A stretch of DNA of 64,000 nt, taken from NCBI GenBank assembly GCA_963705505.1, contig CAVPJU010000006.1, positions 608,001-672,000 on the forward strand, given 5' to 3'. Of the stretch, positions 20,804 through 29,075 are shown one piece after another; within the stretch, counting starts at the first letter, position 1; each line of letters starts with the position of its first letter. This DNA is from an uncultured bacterium. GTDB taxonomy: Bacteria; Desulfobacterota_D; UBA1144; Nemesobacterales; UBA2774. Under the pieces are notes generated by a model that was given only the letters and a program-made list of their open reading frames with translations, searched no databases and was not told the origin of the DNA. Both the position numbers and the translations under genes were made by a program.

Positions 20804-22060
20804 TTGCGTGTCGAAATCGAAAGTATTGCATTTGGCGGAAGCGGTATTGCTAAAAAGGACGGCAAGGTCTTTTTCGTAAAGGGCGGCCTCCCTCACGACA
20901 TACTCGATATAAAAATAGTAAATGATAAAGGTAGTTATGCCGAAGCCGTAATCGAGGCGATTGTGGAGCCCTCGGGGGAAAGGGTCGAGCCTCCGTGCCC
21001 CGTATTCGGTCTCTGCGGCGGGTGTCAGTTCCAGAACCTGAGATATTCGGCGCAGCTCAGGGAGAAGGAGAACGTACTGAGGGAAACGGTTGAAAGGATA
21101 GGGGGTTTCAGGGATGTCCGTATAGATACTACCATCCCTTCCCCTTCCGAGTACGGGTATAGGAGCCGCACCCTTCTTTCCGCCTGGTATTTTTCCGGGG
21201 GCTGGCATACAGGGTATTTTCAGGAGAAGAGCCGGAACACGGTAAAAGTCGTTTCGTGTCCCATTACCGATAGATGGATCAACGGTGCGATCTCCAGGCT
21301 GTCAGACGTTTTATCATCGATAGGAGACCCGCGTTATCCGCTGGAAAAAATATACATGTCTTCTGACGGAACGAGCGCTTATATTACGCTTGTGCCATAT
21401 TTCAGGAGCGGACCCGCCTCTCTCGGAGCGCTCGTAAGGCACCTCCGGAGGTTTGAGGAGACCAAAAACGTCTCGGTGATCGGGAATAAAGAGGTTCAAT
21501 TCGAGTTCTCGCATTCGGGTTACAGATTTTTGACGTCCCCTTCCGTGTTTACACAGTCGAATACCCCTGTAAACGAGGCTATTATCGATACTGTCCTCAG
21601 CTGGTCGGAATTAAATGGGACGGAAACAGTACTGGACCTCTACTCAGGGATCGGCAATTTCTCGATCCCGCTCGCTAAGGGTTCGAAACAGGTAATTTCC
21701 GTAGAGATAAACAAAAGGGCGGCCGGATTCGCACAAAAAAACGCGGAATTGAACGGGCTTCAAAATATAATTTTTCACAATCTATCATGTGAAGAATATT
21801 TACCGGGTCATAATATGAGCACCCAGCCGGTAGATATAGCGGTGCTCGACCCTCCGAGGGAGGGGGCGAAAGGCGCGGTTGCGGAGATTACGCGCTTATC
21901 GCCTCGAAAAATTATTTACGTATCCTGTGACCCGGCGACTTTAGGACGGGATTTAAAGATGTTCGGGGACTCGGGTTATGAGCTTGCCGGGATAAGGCCG
22001 TTCGATATGTTCCCCCAGACCTATCACATAGAATCGGCCTCACTTTTGGTCAGATCCTGA
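20804..22060 (+). CDS. rlmD: 23S rRNA (uracil-C5)-methyltransferase with TRAM domain
   Basis: CPVFGLCGGCQ, DLYSGIGNF, LDPPREG, YVSCDPATL, DMFPQTYHIE. Confidence 0.9.
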   Translation: MRVEIESIAFGGSGIAKKDGKVFFVKGGLPHDILDIKIVNDKGSYAEAVIEAIVEPSGERVEPPCPVFGLCGGCQFQNLRYSAQLREKENVLRETVERIGGFRDVRIDTTIPSPSEYGYRSRTLLSAWYFSGGWHTGYFQEKSRNTVKVVSCPITDRWINGAISRLSDVLSSIGDPRYPLEKIYMSSDGTSAYITLVPYFRSGPASLGALVRHLRRFEETKNVSVIGNKEVQFEFSHSGYRFLTSPSVFTQSNTPVNEAIIDTVLSWSELNGTETVLDLYSGIGNFSIPLAKGSKQVISVEINKRAAGFAQKNAELNGLQNIIFHNLSCEEYLPGHNMSTQPVDIAVLDPPREGAKGAVAEITRLSPRKIIYVSCDPATLGRDLKMFGDSGYELAGIRPFDMFPQTYHIESASLLVRS

Positions 22061-22104
22061 TGCTTTTAACCGGGCTCAGAGCGGCGATAGATATTCAAAC
22101 TGTT

Positions 22105-22893
22105 TTACATCCGGTTGATTCTTGAAGGCTTGGTTATTTCCGAATCACCGTCTTCTCTGCTTTCCTCTCTCCCCCCGTTATTAAATGCGCCGTTGATCAG
22201 ATCGTAAACGGATCTCGCCAGATCCTTTCTTGAGGCCATTGATTGAGGGTCGATTTTATCGAGCAGCATTAATTCCACATCTATGGATTTAACCGGCAGC
22301 AGCTTGAACAGGTGATCGAAAAATTTCATGTCCCCGTAATAATGAACCAGGTCTCTGTTCTTTTCGGTGATCTCTTCTCCGTCGATGCTCCTGTATTTGA
22401 TGCATAGGGGTAAAATTTCCACGCCGGCTTTTTCGGCAATGCTTAACAAGGGGGTTTTAAATGGCAGGACCTGATCCCCGTTTGAAGTCGTCCCCTCGGG
22501 AAAAAGGGCCACATTGATCCCCATACTTAAAATCTCGGAAATCGATTCTATCTCGTTCCTGAGTCCCGATCTGTTCCTCCTCTCAACGAAGAACCCTCCG
22601 CTGAGCTCCGTGGCCTTACCGAGAAGGAACGAGCCTTTTACCTCATCCACGCTCGCTATAAAGGACGCTGGAAAGATCGAGGATATTACGAAGACATCCA
22701 GGTACGAGAGGTGGTTCGACAGGATCAGGAAATTTGTTTCGCCGCGGAGACCGCTTCCCCGGCTCTTCGGATGGACCTTGATGCCTAAGACCTTGATCAA
22801 GAGGACTGCGTGAAAGGCCATTGCCCTCGTGGACCAGTTTAATTTCCTTTTTCTATCTCTTGCTATGGTTCGAAGGACGGTGGTAACAGCCAT
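22105..22893 (-). CDS. PlsC-family acyltransferase, OlsA-like; natural start probably 22946, out of frame across an A9 tract
   Basis: NHLSYLD and FPEGT motifs; lies directly downstream of the olsB-like gene. Confidence 0.85.
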   Translation of the reverse strand: MAVTTVLRTIARDRKRKLNWSTRAMAFHAVLLIKVLGIKVHPKSRGSGLRGETNFLILSNHLSYLDVFVISSIFPASFIASVDEVKGSFLLGKATELSGGFFVERRNRSGLRNEIESISEILSMGINVALFPEGTTSNGDQVLPFKTPLLSIAEKAGVEILPLCIKYRSIDGEEITEKNRDLVHYYGDMKFFDHLFKLLPVKSIDVELMLLDKIDPQSMASRKDLARSVYDLINGAFNNGGREESREDGDSEITKPSRINRM

Positions 22894-22938
22894 ATAGGAT
22901 GCGACTACGCAAAAAAAAAGATGAGTTTTACATATTTT

Positions 22939-23799
22939 CTAATCATTCGATGCCTTGTATCTTTTTTCAAAGGATTTGGAAAGAACCTCGAGGTCGAGGA
23001 CCGTAAAGAAATCTGCGCATTTGAATTTTTTGTCGAGCGCCGGCTCTCCGCAAATTACCGATCCCGCTTTTAAGTAGCTCTTGAGAAGGGGAGGGATGAA
23101 ATCCTCGATCGATTCCGTCTTGATCGCGAACTTATCAAAAGCGCCTAAATAGTAGTCGAGCTCCTTGATCCTGTGATTTTCTTTAGGAAAAACCCTGAAG
23201 TTCTCGGGGGACAGGTAGAGCTCTTTTATATATTTGTAAATAAGACTGATTTCGACGATATTTGTAGTGCCGATACTTGAACACCCGAAGAGATATTTTG
23301 CATTGATCTTCCTGAAATATTCGGATAACCCTTTCCACAGAAGGGCTATCCCTATACCGTTCCTGTAATCCCTGTGGACGCACGCTCTCCCCAGTTCGAG
23401 CTTAATGCCCTCGGCGTTTTTAACCTGGTCGATCGCAAACTCGGTCTCCGAATAAAATTTGTCCGAAAAAGTAGAGGAGATAAATCTGTACGTCCCTACA
23501 ACCGTGTTGTGCTTTTTGTCCAGAATGATTAAGTGGTCGCAAAGAGAGTCGAACTTGTCAATATCGGTCCTGGAAAAGTTATCTTTATTGAGTGTTTCCT
23601 TGTAAAAGACCTCGTACCTGAGGTTCAAGGCTTTTTCGAGCTCGAAAATGTTTTCAACCGTTTTGATCACGAACTTGTTGCTTTCAATCAAAAGAGGAAC
23701 CTTTGGCTTAAACTGTCTTAACTTCCAGCGGAAAGCTCTTCTCAGAACGTTTGAAGAGGTAACCGTATTTGTTAGAGACATCACTTTTTTTGCCAGCAT
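22939..23799 (-). CDS. GNAT-fold N-acyl amino acid synthase, OlsB-like
   Basis: LRYEVF, DKFD..CDHL, VGTYR, ELGRACVHRDYR, PPLLKSYL...ICGEPALD. Confidence 0.85.
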   Translation of the reverse strand: MLAKKVMSLTNTVTSSNVLRRAFRWKLRQFKPKVPLLIESNKFVIKTVENIFELEKALNLRYEVFYKETLNKDNFSRTDIDKFDSLCDHLIILDKKHNTVVGTYRFISSTFSDKFYSETEFAIDQVKNAEGIKLELGRACVHRDYRNGIGIALLWKGLSEYFRKINAKYLFGCSSIGTTNIVEISLIYKYIKELYLSPENFRVFPKENHRIKELDYYLGAFDKFAIKTESIEDFIPPLLKSYLKAGSVICGEPALDKKFKCADFFTVLDLEVLSKSFEKRYKASND

Positions 23800-23827
23800 G
23801 CATATCTCCGATTTGTGTGTTAACTGT

Positions 23828-23892
23828 TTAATACCACTTTAATGTTTAAACCGTATTAAGCATCTATGAATTCTATGTTTATAAAATGTATC
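23828..23892 (-). promoter_or_regulatory. Pho-box-like 11-bp direct-repeat array upstream of the olsB-like gene
   Basis: Hexamers start at + strand 23843, 23854, 23865, 23876, 23887 (minus strand TAAACA, TTAATA, TTCATA, TAAACA, GATACA); weak -10 (TATTAA) 9 bp downstream. Confidence 0.6.
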
Positions 23893-23976
23893 AATTATAT
23901 CAAATAAATAGGCATAAAGTCCAGTTATGGCAGCCGACCGAAAATGAATAGTATATTCGGTTTTTGAACTTTCGCT

Positions 23977-24019
23977 TTAATACATTTTTAATATTCCCTT
24001 AACGACAGTGATTTACAAT
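23977..24019 (+). promoter_or_regulatory. Pho-box-like promoter
   Basis: TTAATA-N5-TTAATA-N5-TTAACG-N9-TACAAT. Confidence 0.7.
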
Positions 24020-24410
24020 GCATATCGCAAACGGGAAAGAGTCATGAAATGTACGAAAAATAGTTTTATCTGCCGTGCTTGGAATAACTGTTAGTATCGA
24101 ATATAATTGGATTTTTAAGAACGGACGGGTTCTCGCGCCGGACTAAACCGTTTCGGATTTAAATAAAATGCGGACCAGGCACGGCTATATTGAAATGTTG
24201 AAAAAAGATAGAGTGTGCGGCGCTAGGTCATTGGCGGGTCCGCAAGTCAATTTTATAAGCCTGCGGGAATGGCTGAGGCCCGGATGTGCGCCGGACCCGG
24301 CGGGGTGATATACTCTTTAGGAGTACGGAATTGCGCCGCGGTATAGTAGAATACCGGATGACGCCTTGTTTGGATGAATTTCTCGCGGGCTAGTAACAAA
24401 TGAGCTGATA

Positions 24411-25472
24411 ATGAAAGTATTGCTCGGAATACAAGGTACGGGAAATGGTCATATCTCCCGGTCAAGAGAGCTGTTGAAGTATCTTCTAAAGCGTGTCGAT
24501 GTGGACGTGCTCGTGAGCGGCTACCATCATGAGGTCGATCCCGGATTCGAAGTCAAATATAAGCTCCCGGGCCTGGGATTCACGTTCGGAAAACGGGGAG
24601 GGATCGATTACTGGAATTCTATCAGAAACTTCAGCCCGTATAAATTGCTCTCGGATATATATAAGATTCCAGTCGACAAATATGATCTTGTCGTCAGCGA
24701 TTTTGAGCCTGTCAGCGCCTGGTCCTCGAAGTTAAAGGGGGCTCCCTGTGTTTCTATCTCTCACCAGGCATCATTCCTGTCTCCGAATATACCGAGACCG
24801 CCGCAAAAAAACCGTGTCCAGGAGCTCATAATCAAATGGTATGCCCCCTCACCGGCCCATATCGGACTCCATTTTCAGGAATACGACGATTTTATTTTTA
24901 CGCCGATAATAAGGGAGGAAATAAGACATACCGATGTGAAAAATAACGGGCACTATACGGTATATCTGCCGTCTTACGATTACAGGTTTCTGTCCGCCGT
25001 ATTAAAGAAAATAGACGTAAGGTGGGAAGTGTTCTCAAAACATCACAAGGGGGAGCCGTACAAGGACTCGAACGTCACCGTTTACCCGGTAAACAACGGG
25101 GATTTCGTGAGAAGCCTGTCGACTTGCGAGGGCATATTGTGCAATGCCGGATTCGAAACGCCCGCAGAAACACTTTACCTCGGGAAGAAACTCATGGTTA
25201 TTCCGATGAAGAGACAGTACGAGCAGCAGTGTAATGCCGAAGCCCTCGATAGGCTGGGTATACCTGTAGTCAGGGGGATGCATAACGGATTTGAGAATAT
25301 TCTTAGCGACTGGATCAACTCAACTTTTGTCTATAACGCTAACTACAAAAACAATCTGCCCTTAATTGTCGAAAGAATACTAGACAGCTCTTCTAAAGCC
25401 GATGTGTTGAATGATTATATTTCTGATCCGGATTTAAATAAAGATGGGGTAGGCTTGGGGCCCACCAAATAA
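24411..25472 (+). CDS. GT-B glycosyltransferase (MJ1255/GT28-like)
   Basis: GIQGTGNGHISRS, SDFEP, NAGFETPAE, PMKRQYEQQCNA. Confidence 0.85.
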   Translation: MKVLLGIQGTGNGHISRSRELLKYLLKRVDVDVLVSGYHHEVDPGFEVKYKLPGLGFTFGKRGGIDYWNSIRNFSPYKLLSDIYKIPVDKYDLVVSDFEPVSAWSSKLKGAPCVSISHQASFLSPNIPRPPQKNRVQELIIKWYAPSPAHIGLHFQEYDDFIFTPIIREEIRHTDVKNNGHYTVYLPSYDYRFLSAVLKKIDVRWEVFSKHHKGEPYKDSNVTVYPVNNGDFVRSLSTCEGILCNAGFETPAETLYLGKKLMVIPMKRQYEQQCNAEALDRLGIPVVRGMHNGFENILSDWINSTFVYNANYKNNLPLIVERILDSSSKADVLNDYISDPDLNKDGVGLGPTK

Positions 25473-25545
25473 TACCGCAGTCCGCTTTTAGCTTTTTCTA
25501 TCCGATCTTTTACTCGGTCCCCGGCGATTTATATTTCTGAGACTG

Positions 25546-26121
25546 TTACTGTTTACTTGTAAGATAATTTGATACCAGAGACAGACTTACCAGCTTCTCC
25601 GCTATGTTCTTATATAATTCCCCGATCTTTAGTAAATTTATCACCTCGTCTATATTGTGCCAATCCTGAATCAGGTATGTGAGGAGGACCCTCTTGTGCT
25701 GGTCTTCCAATGATTCGATAAACTCATAGTCCTCTCCCAATCTCTTGGTATCGAACTTCTCATACCAGTTTTTGCATTCCACCAGCGTTATTATGTGCGG
25801 GAGCAATATATCGAGCATTTGTTTTGTGTCGATCTCGGGACATATGGGCTTTCTCGATTTCAGGTTTTCCATCAGCTGCACGGAATACGTGAATTTGTGG
25901 ATAATTGAAAGTATCAGCTTGAGTGCCGTAATATAGTAGACATCGTGTTCTTTCTTGCTATGCTCGATCGCCGTCTCGAGCTTGAGCTTAAGATGAATGA
26001 GGTCGTTTCTCAGGGAAATCAACTCATCTTCGCTTCTGGTATTGATATAATTCTTCGATTTCGAAATGAGTATTTCGAACTTGCCCTCTATTAAAGATCT
26101 GTCGAAATTTTCAGTTTCCAT
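25546..26121 (-). CDS. Divergent PhoU-like helical protein
   Basis: Helical-looking sequence; C-terminal DYEFIESLEDQHKRVLLTYLIQDWHNIDEVINLLKIGELYKNIAE follows the pattern of the PhoU second repeat; strong Pho-box-like promoter. Confidence 0.55.
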   Translation of the reverse strand: METENFDRSLIEGKFEILISKSKNYINTRSEDELISLRNDLIHLKLKLETAIEHSKKEHDVYYITALKLILSIIHKFTYSVQLMENLKSRKPICPEIDTKQMLDILLPHIITLVECKNWYEKFDTKRLGEDYEFIESLEDQHKRVLLTYLIQDWHNIDEVINLLKIGELYKNIAEKLVSLSLVSNYLTSKQ

Positions 26122-26161
26122 ATTCACCCCTCTTTAGTGTACGTCGGAATTACGTGGGGGT

Positions 26162-26204
26162 AGTGTATATGGGTTTTGTTAAGATTGTGTGAAGATCGTG
26201 TTAA
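26162..26204 (-). promoter_or_regulatory. Pho-box-like promoter of the phoU-like gene
   Basis: Minus strand TTAACA-N5-TTCACA-N5-TTAACA-N9-TACACT. Confidence 0.8.
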
Positions 26205-26289
26205 GTATTCGGGCTCGAAGACTCGATAACGTTTTGCATGCAACCCGCTTTAAAATGGAATCGCATGTGATATAGAGTCCGCTCAGAGA

Positions 26290-26326
26290 ATAAAAAGGGT
26301 GAGTCCTGCGGGTCGGGACTCACCCT
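26290..26326 (-). terminator. Rho-independent terminator
   Basis: Perfect 11-bp stem AGGGTGAGTCC/GGACTCACCCT followed by a T run on the minus strand. Confidence 0.85.
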
Positions 26327-26374
26327 GATGTTTTACATTGCCCGGTGAGAGAGACGGGCAATCAAATAGCAGAT
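26290..26374 (-). ncRNA. Candidate sRNA, about 85 nt
   Basis: Own repeat-array promoter, a perfect 8-bp hairpin with UCUCUCUCAC loop, and an intrinsic terminator; no ORF seen. Confidence 0.5.
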
Positions 26375-26380
26375 GATGTA

Positions 26381-26434
26381 ATACTAGCACTTCATTATTA
26401 AGATAATTTTATTTGCGAGTTAAGGCATCGTTAA
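26381..26434 (-). promoter_or_regulatory. Pho-box-like promoter of the candidate sRNA
   Basis: Minus strand TTAACG-N5-TTAACT-N5-(ATAAAA)-N5-TTAATA-N9-TAGTAT. Confidence 0.6.
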
Positions 26435-26513
26435 CCCGGTATAGGGAAGACATAATTGGTTTCCGCGAAATGCTCGACCGGGGTAGGGAAGCGCAAGGGA
26501 CGGATGTATGGCC

Positions 26514-27500
26514 TCACATGAGGTGGTTTACAAACTGGTCTGCAATCGACTTCCAGCTCTGCGTTTCGGCATGTTTGAGCGCATTATTCGACAAGCCTTC
26601 AATATTCGCGAAAGCCCTTTCGATATTCTCTTCGAGGCTTTCCCCGATATATCCCGTCACCCCGTTCTGGATTATGTCGTTCGGGCTCGGGACATCGTAG
26701 GCGACAACGGGTAAACCGCAAGCCATAGCCTCGAGTATTACTAATCCGAATGTATCGAATTTACTCGGGAAAACGAATACCTGAGCCTGAGTGTAAATAT
26801 TTTTCAGCTGATTATGAGGCACGTACCCGGTGAACTCGACATCGGGATACCTGGCTTTGAGAGTCTTGAGATACGGTCCGTCTCCGACAAGTATTTTTCT
26901 GTATCCGCGTATCGCGCAAAAATCATCGAGATTTTTATCCTTGCTCACCCTGCCTACCGTAATGATGGTTTTCTCTTTGAATGGCGTTGTCCTGTCTCCG
27001 GGATTAAACAGGTGAGTGTCGACTCCCCTCCCCCAGACGATACAGTTACTGAGACCAAGCTGCCTGGCTATGCTTTTCGTCGTCACGAGGACTTTCTTAC
27101 TGCACCTGTGAAACCACCTTACATATAACCATGTGAGGAACGTGGGCACGCCGTAAAGTACCCAGCCGTAGTCGGCCAGTCTCGTGTGATAGGACGTATT
27201 GTAGTTGATTTTATTTTTTCTGCAGAACTGCCGCATGGCCAGGCCGAGGCTCCCCTCGGTGGCTATGTGCACTCTGTCCGGGAGATGCTGATCATAATGT
27301 TTACTCACGATGTGGGACGCATTTTTCAGTATAGGGATGTTTCCCTGGAGCTTTAGCGGCAGGTGCTCGGAGCCTTCTATGTAGGGATTCAGAACGGCTA
27401 CTTCATGATCCCTGCTGATCAGATTCGTGATATAGCTCCAGGTATGGACTACACCGTTTACCTGGGGGTGCCAAGCGTCCGTGACGAGCATTATTTTCAT
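26514..27500 (-). CDS. GT4 glycosyltransferase (Agt-like glycosyl/glucuronosyl-diacylglycerol synthase candidate)
   Basis: VTDAWHPQVNGVV, HIATEG.LG, SYHT, WGRGVD, FPSKFDTFGLVILEAMACGLPV. Confidence 0.85.
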   Translation of the reverse strand: MKIMLVTDAWHPQVNGVVHTWSYITNLISRDHEVAVLNPYIEGSEHLPLKLQGNIPILKNASHIVSKHYDQHLPDRVHIATEGSLGLAMRQFCRKNKINYNTSYHTRLADYGWVLYGVPTFLTWLYVRWFHRCSKKVLVTTKSIARQLGLSNCIVWGRGVDTHLFNPGDRTTPFKEKTIITVGRVSKDKNLDDFCAIRGYRKILVGDGPYLKTLKARYPDVEFTGYVPHNQLKNIYTQAQVFVFPSKFDTFGLVILEAMACGLPVVAYDVPSPNDIIQNGVTGYIGESLEENIERAFANIEGLSNNALKHAETQSWKSIADQFVNHLM

Positions 27501-27549
27501 TTTATCAGGCTCCCGTGATCTGCACTTAGGTTAAGGAACGTTTTTAGGT

Positions 27550-28188
27550 TCACAGCGCGTTGGTCAGATATAAAATAATTATGACGGTCGCCGCTCCGAG
27601 AAAACTGCCCGCGAGTGTCTGCGGAAATGTATGCCTTCCGAGACGTATACGGGACCATGCAATTACCGGTACTATGAGCGTAAGGGGGAGAACGCTTTCT
27701 CCGTATAAAGCCAGCGTCAGAAAAGCGAGCCCGGCTGCCGAAGTGCAGTGACCGCTTATCTTCCATCTGAGCGTGATGACAAAAACAAGAAGTATTTGAA
27801 TGAGGGCTGCCGCAGTCACTATGAGCATCAGTCTGGGCGCTCCTGCCATATACATAACAAGGAAGACAAGGGCAACGTACGCCAGTATTACGAACAACGG
27901 CTGAGCGCGCTCCTCTCTTATATTCATGTGGAAATCACTTACTTTTCCCCTGTGAACGAGCGTAAGGACGTAAACCGTAGGGGGTATTATGAGCAGGGCA
28001 ATGAAAATTAATATCCAGAAGAAGGTGGACTCACCTTGAGTCGCCAGCGCAGTTATGATTATGCATGAAAGCGCTATAAGCGGCGGGCTGAACAAGTTCG
28101 AGATTATGCGCGCCGACTTGTCACGCCAGTCGAGCGGAATGATTATCGAATCGGACGGCTGTTGATAGAGTTTCTTGTCAGTTTCCAT
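27550..28188 (-). CDS. PAP2-like integral membrane protein
   Basis: Multiple hydrophobic segments; KISGH and WSRIRLGRHT motifs. Confidence 0.7.
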   Translation of the reverse strand: METDKKLYQQPSDSIIIPLDWRDKSARIISNLFSPPLIALSCIIITALATQGESTFFWILIFIALLIIPPTVYVLTLVHRGKVSDFHMNIREERAQPLFVILAYVALVFLVMYMAGAPRLMLIVTAAALIQILLVFVITLRWKISGHCTSAAGLAFLTLALYGESVLPLTLIVPVIAWSRIRLGRHTFPQTLAGSFLGAATVIIILYLTNAL

Positions 28189-28912
28189 TTTGAAGCTCTC
28201 TGCTCGAATTATATTGGGACCAGTATCCCCAGTCGTAACTCTTCCACTTGTCCGGGATCAGGTTGAAGTATAATGCGCTGCACCTGGTAATCGAGTGGAG
28301 GGTCTTTCTTATTACACCTCTTTCGAGCCGTCTGTGGTCTCCGGCGTATACTACTAAATCGAATGTAAAGTACGGCCTGTATCCCATACGCTTTAAACGC
28401 CAGGCAAGCTCCGAATCCTCATTACATGTAAGATCGAGGTCGAATCCCCCGGACATCTCATAAGCCTCCCTCTTGATAATGCAATTTGAACCCGAAACAG
28501 CAGGTACCCCGAGTAAGTGAATGAGACGCTGCCCGTAAGCAAACCATTTATAATAGGCACGAAAGCGGTCCAGGGAAAGCTTAGGTCCGTAAATCAGGTC
28601 GTATTCTTCGAGTTTCGCGATATTCCTGAAGTATGCCGCAGAAAAAACTATATCCGCGTCGGTAAAGAGCAGCCAGGGGGTTTTTGCAGCGTCGGCTCCT
28701 ATTCGCCGGGCTTCGGTGACAGTTCCGGGATGCCTGATAAGGTTAGTATAGTCCGGTCTCAGTGAAGAAACAATATCCGGCGTCGAATCTTCGCTTGCAT
28801 CAACAACAATGAGGTGAATGTCTTCGGGTACTGATTTTAGAAAATGACGTATATTATGAGACTCGTTTCTCGTGGGGAGGATTATAGTTAAGTCACCCGG
28901 TTTTATTCCCAT
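28178..28912 (-). CDS. GT2 glycosyltransferase
   Basis: ILPTRNE, IVVD, FTDAD, GGFD, NED. Start placed at 28912 because the ATG at 28921 lies only 2 nt after the predicted -10 box. Confidence 0.85.
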   Translation of the reverse strand: MGIKPGDLTIILPTRNESHNIRHFLKSVPEDIHLIVVDASEDSTPDIVSSLRPDYTNLIRHPGTVTEARRIGADAAKTPWLLFTDADIVFSAAYFRNIAKLEEYDLIYGPKLSLDRFRAYYKWFAYGQRLIHLLGVPAVSGSNCIIKREAYEMSGGFDLDLTCNEDSELAWRLKRMGYRPYFTFDLVVYAGDHRRLERGVIRKTLHSITRCSALYFNLIPDKWKSYDWGYWSQYNSSRELQNGN

Positions 28913-28922
28913 AACAATCATT

Positions 28923-28976
28923 ATTTTAATTACTATCTATTAAGCGGTGTTGAATTTCACGTTAATTTACCGTTAA
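28923..28976 (-). promoter_or_regulatory. Pho-box-like promoter of the GT2-PAP2-GT4 operon
   Basis: Minus strand TTAACG-N5-TTAACG-N5-TTCAAC-N5-TTAATA-N9-TAAAAT. Confidence 0.7.
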
Positions 28977-29075
28977 AAATCATTAAATATTCGAAACCGG
29001 CTCTAAATATCTATTGCAATAATTATAGATCATATACGGGCGTCGGAGAATTACTACGTAATCAACCCTATTTCC

